The notes under the pieces are model-generated. The model worked only from the letters and a program-made list of their open reading frames with translations, was not told where the DNA came from and searched no databases. From Eutreptiella sp. 'Long Island Sound 2002' (lineage: Eukaryota; Protista; Euglenida), in assembly GCA_964036045.1 (NCBI GenBank), contig OZ038378.1, forward strand, positions 165,540,001-165,604,000: a stretch of 64,000 nucleotides of DNA, given 5' to 3'. Below are positions 26,752 to 37,900 of the stretch, piece by piece. The position numbers and the translations under genes were made by a program. Position 1 is the first letter of the stretch. The number at the start of each line of letters is the position of its first letter.

Positions 26752-27560
26752 TATTCCCTGTACAAGAAGCTACAGCACAGGGTCACCGTCAAATTCGGCG
26801 ATCAGGTTTACAAAGCAGCCTTACACACTGGAGCCACGTTGTCTATCGTGGCCGGCAGACTGCTAAAACCAGCCAACATCCGGAAAACCAAAACAATGGC
26901 CATACGGGTTGGGGATGGCAAAACAATCCACTCCTTGGAAGGGTTTGACGTGACAGTGTGTCTTGGCGATGAAGAGGTAACCCAACACTGCAGGGTGCTG
27001 GATACCGATACCTTTGACATTGTCATTGGCACAGATTTTCTGCGCCGAAACCCCCAGGGGAAATTGTTGTCTTTGCAACATCCCTATGCCCTACACTGCG
27101 GCTTTGGCAGTGGCCTCTTCTCTGTCCCTCTGGAGCTGTCAGGACAAAATAAATCCGGTTTGCGTTACGTGAACCGTTCCCATCGAATTGAGAGCTATCA
27201 GCTTTTGCAACCAGTTCTTGGGAACGGAGTGGTCGCCCTGCAAGTAGACTTGAATGAAGTTCAGGTGCAATCGTTCGCAAATAATGAAAAGCATGTGATG
27301 CAACTCTACTGTTTGCAAAACCTCAACAATGCGTATCATTTTCACTGGAGATCAATGGGGTGGTGCTATGCTAATCCCCCATTCGGGTTCTACAACCGAA
27401 CACGTTTGCTGGATGCCACTATTGGACCGTATGGCTGTAGGAAGAACTGAACTTCCCGACGGCCCTATGTATGTTCGTGGAGATTCTCAGGAGACTATGC
27501 CTGCCCCTGAATGGCGTAGTTTCCTCACCATCGTCTCTGAATCCCGTAGCTGTGAGTGAC
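26752..27560 (+). pseudogene. Retroelement pol remnant: aspartic protease followed in frame by a Dam-like N6-adenine methyltransferase domain
   Basis: VYKAALHTGATLSIV (D to H relative to LDTGA in the 23410 copy) ... FDIVIGTDFL (protease C-terminal motif), then QVQSFANNEKHVMQLYCLQNLNNAYHFHWRSMGWCYANPPF; after a frameshift or deletion, CWMPLLDRMAVGRTELP...PAPEWRSFL. Confidence 0.7.
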
Positions 27561-29445
27561 CTAGACCAGGAAGTACTCAAAGAGGTGATGGCCGAAAATT
27601 GTGGCCTTACCCTACTGGATCTCAAGAAGAGGTCCGAATACCCTTTGGTCACCACTACGAGCGCTGAGAGCTACGATGAATTCGAGACTCCTGCTGTCTC
27701 CCCTGCATTGGATGATGCTGACAACCGCCTAAGCGAGATCGCCAGCGCAATACCACCGGTGAACCTGGAGATGTTGACCGTGAAACACATTTTTGTAGTT
27801 GAAAGTGTTGTTAGTTATCACGTTGTTGTTAAAATCACCCAAAATGCCCTTGTGAGGCACACCAACTCTTGGTGAAAGCATTCACAATCAGAGCATGATG
27901 ATCTCCAAGGATCGCCGAAATCAGACTTGTTTTTTTGGAACGATGCCTTTCATATGTCCTGATGACACGAAGGAGCAGAAAATGCAAGATATGTACATAA
28001 ACAATGCAAGCAAACATGTGCATGACACATATACTAAAAGATGGCATTCAAGTTATAGCAAAGAGACAAAAGAGACGACGTGCCGGCCTTGATCTTGTTG
28101 CCAAAGGGTCGTCCCAATCAGGATCCCGAGTTAGATCAGAACAAAAACTGAACAAGGTATTGAATCTTAAGCTCCAAACATGAAAAAATAGTGATTTGTG
28201 ATGACATAATGTCCTATTCCCGTGACTCCCCCCGACGCGTGGTGCCATTTCACCGATGCGTTTCGGATCCGCTTCAGGACGGCGTCAAGGGGGTGTCAGG
28301 AGCGCGTCAGAGGTACGTCGGGGAGGCGTCACGGGGTCAAACATATTTTGGAGGGACGTCGGGGGGGCATGAAGGGTGCGTCAAGAGGGTGTCAAGGCGG
28401 CGTTAAGAAATGGAGGCCTCAGGGAGGGGTCAGGATGCGTCAGGTTGCGTCAAGGGTGACGCAAAACCCGAATCTAATGTGTCTAATCTCATCCAATCTA
28501 ATCTCATCTAATCTCATGTGTCATTCATACTTGTTAGGGGGCGTCTTTGCACAGCGCGGGCACAGCGCCAATTGTTACGTCCCTTATCCTGGGAACACCC
28601 CTGAAACACACCAAAATTGTCACATTAGTATGAAAAGGTGATTCTGTGTATCCACTGCACTATATTCTCGTAAAAATAGTTTCAGTGAACCTTCAAATGA
28701 TAACAGGCAATACGCAGAGAAACAAACATCAGTATACTTTTAGCTTCACCGATGGTTTGATGAAGTCCTGCTGATCCGTGTAGAGTCTCCAGCAGCGTAT
28801 CTCTGACATTCCCACACTGGTTTCCATCGCCAAAGAGTGAGGCTATAGCATAAAGAACAATTATACATCACAAAAATATGGAACCAGTGGACAAAGAACA
28901 CTGCAGCCGAGGATCACATTTGTTCATGCGCGGCTGATGACAATATTTCCTGCGCGGCCCGTGGGAAAGAAACAACAGGCAGTCTGAAAGCATCACGGTA
29001 ATATATAGTCAGTATAGATTACAAGCAACCATCTACCAACAGAAGCATGCATGATCCATTCAAAAGAGCATGGGGTGCAGAATTCAGGACCCTGTGACCC
29101 GTGGCAAGCATCAGACTACAAAAGAAATCCCTCGTGTACCGGCAGGGGCTGTAGGGTGCGAAATTCAAGACCCTGGGGCCCATGGCTACTGGTAGTGGAA
29201 AACAGCCAACATTTCGCACAGCACCGGTGCGCCCCCTTTGTGTGCCAGGCAAATTATACCATGGCTACACTCTCTGTCAATACTGCCAGACAACTCTTTT
29301 GTTCTAGCCTGCTGCTGCTGCTGCCTCGCAGACTCTGAAGAGAAACTGCAAATTCAAACTCTGAGCGTGACTTCCAGCATCACTCCCGCCCCCTCTCCTC
29401 TCTCCAAGTCCCCCTTCGTGTTCCTCCTCCTTGCTCTCTCTTCTG

Positions 29446-30105
29446 CTAGCATGTGGTCCACTCGGGGCGTCTTCGACAACGCTGTGGACATTCCAGTGGT
29501 GACAAATACATCCCAGTAGGGACTCCCACACGAGCATCTCCGTCACGCTGCGATGGAAATGGTCGCCATTCAGTGTCATTGTACTGCCCACAGAGATACG
29601 AATCATGCGCCAAGCAGGACACATGCGGAAACAAGTGTTCCCTCAGAGCAGCTTGGTCTGAGCCTTCCTGTGTTGCAGGAGTCCAGATCAACTTTCGAAA
29701 CTGCTCCAAAAGGGTCCCTGTCGGCTGTCCTCTGTAGCCCCACATCCCACCGAGCATTTCAATAGTGTGCAGAACGTGGTCGCGCATTATGTGGCACTCA
29801 TAGCTCGTGTTGTACAACCACTCAATGACAGCATCGCGATCGCGGGCAATGAGATCATTGTCTGTGTCTCGCGACAGGAAAACATCAACTTCCTTGTCCA
29901 GAGCGGCCAAAAATATCCAACACATTTTGTTTGGTGGTATCGGAAACGGAACTTGTGTCATGTCCACAAGCTGCACATGGCGCAGATGCGAAACCACTGT
30001 GGCATTGTCTGTGTAGATGCGCAGCGCCCAGTCGCTGCCAAACAGACGCTTGACGTCCGCTGCGATTGAGGGCAGTCTACTGTAATATTTGAGATTGGAC
30101 CCGTA
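29446..30105 (-). CDS. C-terminal glycosyltransferase-like domain of the split gene
   Basis: YGSNLKYY...WALRIYTD...MCWIFLAALDKEVDVFLSRDTD...VIEWL...HIMRDHVLHTIEMLGGMWG...DQAAL...HDSYLC. This resembles the widespread uncharacterised 'KKVISFSLYG...MFWRF...SRDxD...HIMRDH...LGGMWG' family, but lacks its own N-terminal strand. Confidence 0.8.
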   Translation of the reverse strand, partial: YGSNLKYYSRLPSIAADVKRLFGSDWALRIYTDNATVVSHLRHVQLVDMTQVPFPIPPNKMCWIFLAALDKEVDVFLSRDTDNDLIARDRDAVIEWLYNTSYECHIMRDHVLHTIEMLGGMWGYRGQPTGTLLEQFRKLIWTPATQEGSDQAALREHLFPHVSCLAHDSYLCGQYNDTEWRPFPSQRDGDARVGVPTGMYLSPLECPQRCRRRPEWTTC

Positions 30106-31191
30106 TGCCAAATGCATCAGCAAACTGGTAGAAGTTACCAGAACAAGATGGGCATGAAGGTTTGGATATCCATGGGACTTTGCTTGGATGAGACCGCGCA
30201 AATTTATGGAAAGGGACTGCATCCCTATCAGGACAGCCTAGTTTGGGCGGCACGTTTGTGGCGTCATTTCTTCCCTGATGCTGAGCAAGTGGGATTGCTT
30301 GTCACTCTTGTCTCGGATGGCACCTCTGGTAAACATGGCAACCTTGTTGCCCAATTAAAGCAACAGAAAGTCGTCATCCGCTTCGTCCATCCTCATCCAC
30401 TCCTAGGCTGCGTAACGTCTTCGCAGTTGGTCCGCAGCTACGCTTTCAAGGCAAAACAGGTTCAGAAGCATGACATCGTGGTGACAGCGGATGTTGATGC
30501 GTGGCCAACCAGTGCACGTGTTTTGCAGCCTCTTTTTGAGCATCCCTCAGTGTTAGTTTGGATATGGCAGTACCAGTACTCTTTGGAATCTGGGTCTACG
30601 TTTCCCATGTCATTTATAGGGATGGCAGCTGAATTGTGGCGCACCATTCTGAGCACCCGCACGATGGCGGAATGGTTGGCCTATTTGAACGTTTCCTCAC
30701 ATACCTCTGCCGAAAGGATGTGGTATACAGACCAACGAATTGTCACCAATGCCATTTTGCTTAACAGATTATGTTACATCAGCCGCCAGATCTCAGAGGT
30801 CGTTCCTGTCCTTGCATGGAATGATCATGATGTGTGCTGGCATGGCCAAACCAAGCACCGCCATTCTGAGGATGAGCCATTCATTGATAACAAGACATGG
30901 GTGCATACACGCGTTGGCCGAGGCCCTGACTTTGTTTTGGCATTGGGACATCTCATAGAGAAGACGAGCCTAAACAAGAGCAGCATTCAGGGTGTTGAGT
31001 ACAAGAGGGAGAGAGATATAAGTGTTCCCACAAGAGCCAATCATTCAACTACCCAGAAACGCAACACCAGTGAGGAAGCGAACTTCATCAGTCCTCGCAC
31101 TCAATCCCTTTCTCAAGATGAGCTTGTGTTCTCACAGCTGCCTACACACCAACATACTGCGAGGGGAAAAAAGATTGTGTCTGTCTCTGTT
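30106..31191 (+). CDS. Inverted middle segment of the split gene: glycosyltransferase-like domain 1, linker and first strand of domain 2
   Basis: 362 open codons: VWISMGLC...YGKGLHPY...GCVTSSQLVR...DIVVTADVD (DxD)...TFPMSFIGM...WYTDQRIVT, ending RGKKIVSVSV, which is the strand missing from 29446-30105. Confidence 0.8.
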
Positions 31192-31251
31192 TATGATGCC
31201 AAGAGCAGCAGCATGCAGAGCAACACACGCGCAAAGCAAGTTCCTTGCCAT
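31192..31251 (-). CDS. N-terminal signal/anchor segment of the split gene
   Basis: MARNLLCACVALHAAALGII, preceded by pyrimidine-rich AG acceptor-like sites; joins in frame to 30106 when the segment is re-inverted. Confidence 0.7.
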
Positions 31252-34200
31252 TCCATTTGTAGATCAGCTGGAAGAAATGGACACTGATAAAAGCAGGCAC
31301 GACACACGGTCCCCGGGAGCAGTAGGGGAGGAAGGCTATGTGACATTACTGTAAGACTTTCAGCGACCTATGATCGGCGCTTTTTCCGGCCTTGGGCAGG
31401 ACTTTTCAGCAGCACTTTTTCTATTGTTTTTGCACTTATTTCAGTGGAACATCCTGTAAAATATAACTGAAATCTGTGTTATTGCGCGAGCAGCGGCAGG
31501 CAAAATGTCGCCGTCGCGGGCAATTTCTGGCGATCGGAGAATTTGATTTAAAGCGATTTTAGGCATTTTTTATATTGCTTTATTGTTTTTAAGCATAGGC
31601 GAAATGTAGGGCACTGTTCCCGCGCCGTTCCGCGGTGGTCACTGTTGACCAAAATGGGCCACCTAATTCATTTTCTCTGATTTTCCTGATTGATTTTTAC
31701 AAATCGATTCGTGGCCCATGTTGGGGCACAACACCCCCTTTTTCCATGTATAATATGGATTGGACTCGTAATCCCTGACGTCCCCCTGATGTCACCCTGA
31801 CGCCTTCCTGACGAATCCCTGACGCACCCCGCACCCCCCCTGACGACCCCCTGTCGGCCCCCGGACGTCTACCTGTTGACTCCCTGACGCTCCCCTGACG
31901 GCCCCCGGACGCCCCCCTAATTGCCCCCTAACGTCTACCTGTTGACTCCCTGACGCTCCCCTGACGTCCCCCGGAAGGCCCTCTAACAGCCCCCTGGCGC
32001 CTCACTGATGCCTACCTCACGCCCCCCGCCCTGACACCTACCTGACGCCCCCCTGATGCCCTGTTGTGCCCCCCCCCGCCCTAGATGCCCCCTTGAGGCC
32101 CAACTGATGCCCACCATGCAAATTCATTCATTTTCCCTCATATCTTAAAGTGCAACCTTATTAAACCGAAAAACCATGATGTGGCACAATCTTAGTATTT
32201 AAATTTTGCGCATTGTGAAAAAACAAACTTCCCATCAATGAAAAACAAAAGCCGTCCTCGTTGTATTTTGTTCTTGTTTAGCTCCCATGTCGTTTCTCTA
32301 CGTGGAACACATGCAATGAACAATATCACATTGCCACAAGTATTTCTTGCGTCTGCTCGTCAAGATGGCACTACAGCTTGCACTTACATGATGTTTCCGA
32401 TGTGGGTATACATCCTTCGCGTTTGCCGAATTCCGGCTCAGCATTGTGAATCGTGCCGGCGAAGAAGAATGCAAGTGCCATTTCTTTGGTGTACCCACCA
32501 GCGCCAGCACAATCTTCCTCAATGTCCACTGTCAAGAACTCGCCGCCCGCTGACAAAGAGCACCAGCTTGGCAAAGAGCACCACCTTGGACGTATAGAAG
32601 TCATCAAAAGGATTCTTGATAGATTGGACCTTCTCTAAAAATCAACAGTAATACAGCTAAGAAACAAGCAGATAGACACAAATAAATCCTATAAACCGGC
32701 AGCACTTAATTAGCCAAAAACATTGCTAAGCCTCAGCGGCAATAATCACAGAAACACATGTATGGAAAGATCTGTTGTGTCACTATGATGAGGCAATTGG
32801 ATGTGGTTTTGTCAAACTTGTCTGCATTTCATAGTGGTGCTGGCAAGGTGCGAATGCCTAGGACGGCTTGTGACCATGCTCATAGCTGTGGAAACGTCAC
32901 TTGTTTTTTGTGTTGACTCCATTTCCTGACTTTTCCCTCACTCCCTCCTGACGCCCATCCAAAATGTGCATAGACCCCTTGACACTCGCCTGACACTCCC
33001 CTGCAGCACTCCTGACGCCTCCCTGGCGCCTCTTTTACGCTTCCCTGACGTACTTGTAGCGAAAGTCATCAAGCACATTCTAATTGCTGCCATGCAGTCT
33101 AAGGACGGATTTCAACCATAAGGTTGGTATCTTGGTCCTTAATCACTTGGTAATACTGATCTCATGTGACTCATAATATCTATCTATGCATGTCCTATAG
33201 CTGCAGGTACCATACTCATGGATTTTGCAATGGCAGCTTTCATGCATTCACAAGATTTCACAACAGCAAGTTTTCTAGCCGTTGCGAGATTTTGCCATGG
33301 TAGCTTTCCTACAATTGTCAAATTTTGCTGCGATGGCAGCTTGCGTGCGATTGCACGGACTCCCAATGGCAACATTTATGCCATTGCAAGAAATTGCAAT
33401 GGCATGGCACAAAACTTGTTGTCGGACATTTCGCAATGGCTGGGATGCAGCCATTTCGTGATGGTAGCTTCCCTACAATTGAGAGATTTTGGAATGGCGT
33501 AGCCATACAGTTCAAGATTGGGCCTCTATGGTGCCTGCAAAGGGGTAGATTGTCCGTGGATGGGATCTCGCACTTGGTGGTGTTTTGGGAGTGGCTATAG
33601 TGGGATTTCCCACAAGGTGGGATCCCACTCCTCCCTGGGTCGTTGTGTATCATGTGTAGCTTTTTTTGTATTGCCGTGGTGTGTTGGCGGCCATGTATGA
33701 CGATGTCATCCTCCGGCATCCACTAGACTACAAACTTAGTTCAAAAGTGTTTGTACTGTTTATGCACAATTAGTGTGCCATCACTATGTAACACGCACAC
33801 CTCATTGGAGTTGCTGAAAAAGAAAAACCTGCTCACAGTGCGGACACCTAGATTATGTGTAATGTCTCTCTAGTGGCGGCACACACAAAAGCGTACATGT
33901 GTACATGCATGGGACTACATCCCCATCCTCGGGGGCCTCCTACCGAAGGACCAAACAATTGATACTTGTCTAGAAAGCAGACATGGTAACACCACTGTGT
34001 CATCCTAGCCGACCTCGTGATGACTCAACACCCCGTGGGGGTGGGCACTTAAGACGTGGCGGCCCACTCAAAAGTGTGAATCTGTGGGGGAAAACCTTCA
34101 TAACTCAATGGACAGGAGCATTTTCAGCCACGTGCCGCTCCAACAGCCACACGGGCTGAACTAATACAGAGTGTAACTCCTGTTTCAAAATCACTTCGGG

Positions 34201-34305
34201 GTCGTTGAACGTGATCACAACATCAAGGCACACATGTGTAGGTCTTGATGAATGCAAGCGTAGCCAAGTGCGCTTATTGCGCCTCCACCACGCGAAAATG
34301 AGGAT

Positions 34306-34429
34306 GTTTTGTGGTTACGGTAGTCCCCCCCCCCTCCCAAGGAAAACAGTGACCTCGTCCCATCACATAAGACAAAAGCTGTCACCCACATCCCACGACA
34401 GCAGCAAGAACCAACTCAGAAATGGTAAA
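34306..34429 (-). repeat. Split direct repeat B2 (3' terminus)
   Basis: 124-bp match to 34721-34845. Confidence 0.95.
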
Positions 34430-34554
34430 TGGTTTGTCCTTTGCTCAGAGTGAGCATGATGGAGCCAGGAGTCTGGCTCAGCGCCATGGCAGCTGGTGCC
34501 ACTTTGTCGGCGCCGGAATAGTACAGAACTGAGGCATGTGTGCATGCGTGCGGG

Positions 34555-34845
34555 CAGAATGTGCTGCTGACTGGCAGCAGGAAAACAGAACATCAACTAA
34601 GACAGAGAACGGGGTTGCCTGGGATCATCCCCTCGGTGGTGTTCTGACCCACCCCTCCACCACACAGGTGTCCTGATCCTGTCACACTGCCTCAAAACTT
34701 CAGTTATTTGCATAACTTCAGTTTTGTGGTTACGGTAGTCCCCCCCCCCCTCCCAAGGAAAACAGTGACCTCGTCCCATCACATAAGACAAAAGCTGTCA
34801 CCCACATCCCACGACAGCAGCAAGAACCAACTCAGAAATGGTAAA
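34555..34845 (-). repeat. Internal B1-A2 junction
   Basis: A2 (34555-34723) and B1 (34721-34845) overlap by the trinucleotide GTT. Confidence 0.95.
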
Positions 34846-34930
34846 AAACAAAATGTTAACACAACACCTCCAAGTCAGAATCAGGGCACGGATCTGGGCG
34901 AACTCAACAGTAAGCGCGCCGTACAGAAAA

Positions 34931-37900
34931 TCAATGTGGGGCACGGTCTCTATCGGCAACATGGCCCCACGACACGTGGGAGCCAAGCTTATAATACAAC
35001 CGTTCTCTGGCATGAGCTTGCAAAACTACAGATTGGGGGGACCAAGAATAACAGGCCCTGCTGACAGGATCAGCAGGGTTGAGAGCAGATTCTACATAAT
35101 AGAGGTGAATCACAGCGCCCATCCAACGGATTTTGTGTGCCAACCTACGGAGTATGCGCTGCTGAGGACAAAGGTCAGCATGCGCTCGTCCCCAAACGAG
35201 TTGCCCAATGGCCCCCATGTTATCGAGAATCAACTCAACATGAGGCTGGTCTATACCGCGAACCAAATCAAGGGCCGCCAGGGCCCCAAATAACTCGGCG
35301 GACTGTTGATTGTCCACCCAGACTGGGGCACGACGTATGGTGGGCCCGGCCCTGGTCCAGAGCCCCACCATATATCTACCTAGAAATTGGGGATCAGGTG
35401 CAGCATCAGCAAAAACACGGATCGGGGGGGTGGTAGAGGACAAAGCTGGCTCCCACCCTCGAAAAGAAGCTGCAATTGCCTCCAGCAAAGAGCGGACCAC
35501 AGAAAAGGGGGTGCGGTGTGAGGACATAGGTCCATGACGCAGCCATTGACGCGGCCCAGCAAGAAAGGCGCCCACAGATGCTCCAGGTCGCCCCAACCAA
35601 ACGATTTTTCCCAAAAGTCGTTGGAGGGATTTAAAGCGATATGGGCGAAGGGCCACGGTCAGCCAGCGGCTGACCACGTCAGCCACAAATGCTACAGAGG
35701 GTGCTATCCGGGGCCCGGAAAGATTAAGGGCTTTGCCCATCCACGTGACGTTCTTGGAAGGAGTAAAGTCACTTTTAGGACTGATCAAGTACCCTTGTTG
35801 TTGCAACGCATGAGCCGCAGACTGAGCCATGGACTGTACATCATCCCGGGGACCGACAAACAAAATATCATCCAAATACTGGATGATCAGAACTGAGGAC
35901 GGGGGGAGTGTCTCCAAAACGCGTGCTATTAGGTGTTGAACAAGCCCGGGGGCTTGATGCCACCCGAATGGTACCCTGACAAAGGCGTACCTGTCAGTGG
36001 CCGCCGCCACGCGTATACAGTTCAGCATGTCAGGCGGCAAATGTATAGACCAATAACAGTTTCGCAAATCAATCTTACAGGCGTACACATCACTGCAAAT
36101 GGATCTAAGAGAGGCCGCAAGACCCTCCAATGTAGGCAACCGAAACCTGCGGGCCTTAGAGGCGCAAGAGCGATTAAAATTGACCATATTTACAATCAAG
36201 GCAGCCTTTTCCGCCGATTTATATTTTACAAACACCTGGGCATTCGCTGGCTCATCCGTCGGGGCAAGAAGCCCGTCGTGAAAAAGGGCACGCAGCATAG
36301 CTCTCGCCTTAGGGCAATGTGTTGGCGGGCACTGCGGCGCCGAGCTGCCAGCTAAAGCAAACTGTGGATCTGCCCAGAGATCCCACAAATCACGGGGAAC
36401 ACGAACAGACCCCGCGGGACCAATGCCCTTACGGGCAACATCAATAGAAACATGGTCACGGGAGCCCAGGATAGGGGAGGAGGCAGAATCAGGCGGGCCT
36501 GCAGTGGCCAAATGGTGTAAAACAGACTCAGCCAAATCCGCGTCTCGCGCAATGGTCTGACGCATAGACGCCGGCCTATCATACACCCATTTGCAGACCT
36601 CTGACCACCAGAGGTGGACAAGATCACGCGTTTGCGGCAAAGGGACACGTTTATGAGAAGAAAACAGGGCAGCAAATTCATCGAGATGTTGATGCCAAGC
36701 GACGCCGCACTGAGCGCAAGTCTCCGGACGGGTGGGCTCCCGAAGGGCTACGTGAACGGAGCGCCGCACGTGCTCGGGTGCCGGCAAAGTGCTGTGTGGC
36801 GACACTGGGGCCTGTGCGGGCTTGAGCCGCGCCCGAAGTTTGCACCGGGGTTTGACGGGTACGCGGAACCGTCGACGAAGTCCGGTCTTGCGATCCACTG
36901 ACCCCGACAGAAGCATGTCGCCTGGCTGACTGGGGCGGCCGGCTGTCAGAGGGGGTGCATACTCGACGAACCGGGCGAGTGGTCCCCAATAACCGGGAGC
37001 GGGGTCGTGGGACAGGGGGCCTGGGGGCGTCATCGCTGTCGTCCCCGTCCATGGCGACGGGCGGGCATTCTGCGAGGGTACCCTGGACCAGGGCCAGCAG
37101 GTTTTCCGGCCATAATTGGAACGCCGCCGTAGGACGTAATTCCACCCGTCGGGTTCCACACGGCCACGGCAAATCGATGGGGAATTTGACGTTCCATGCC
37201 AATGGTGGACTGCTGTAGTACCGGGCTTGTCGCTCAGTGAGCCATCGACCCCAGACGGCAATGACGGTGAGGGCAGCGCCCGCCCATGCAAGAAGGGCGG
37301 CTCCCATGCGGCGCCAGGAGTGCCAGCCGGCTTCATGCGCCCCCGTACCCCAGAGCTGGGCGCGCATGGTAGACTGGAGGATTGCTGTACCCGCGGCAAC
37401 GGGCAGGAAGTCTGGGCGGCCGGCAATCGCTGGTGAGGAGACAAGACGCTTCCTCCAAGCCTCGCCCCAAGCTCCCATGGGCGCAGTGATCCAGCGGTTA
37501 GCGCCCTTGGAATGGTAGAATGACAGGCGTCGCTCAGTGCATAAGTCGGATTTCCTGATGGAGGCAACCTCGCTGACGCGCAGTAAGTGGCAGACTGACA
37601 GAACTGCGAGTCCAAGGGTAACAAAGGCGAGGTCGGTGTCGACATGTGCTGCCATATGGGCCAGCATGGCAGGGGTGCCCCACACGGGGGACGGTGCGGG
37701 GTGTTCGTAAATACGGTCGGCTCCCGCAGACATGGCCCAGTGGATGGGGGAAACAGTGGGGGGGATGAGGGTGATCTTCTCGCATAGTCGGACCGCACTA
37801 AGTAATCCGCGAATGATGACTGATTTGCGGCCCTGTGCTGCGAGTAGTCGAATGTGTTGTGCCAGCACCTGGGCTCTGGTGAATTCAGGGTATTTAGTCG

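Noticed and set aside
29446-31251. Twin-priming (5'-inverted) retrocopy explanation for the glycosyltransferase locus
   Set aside because: The gene's own N-terminus and upstream acceptor lie outside the inverted block, and no poly(A) or TSD is present; a simple genomic inversion fits exactly.
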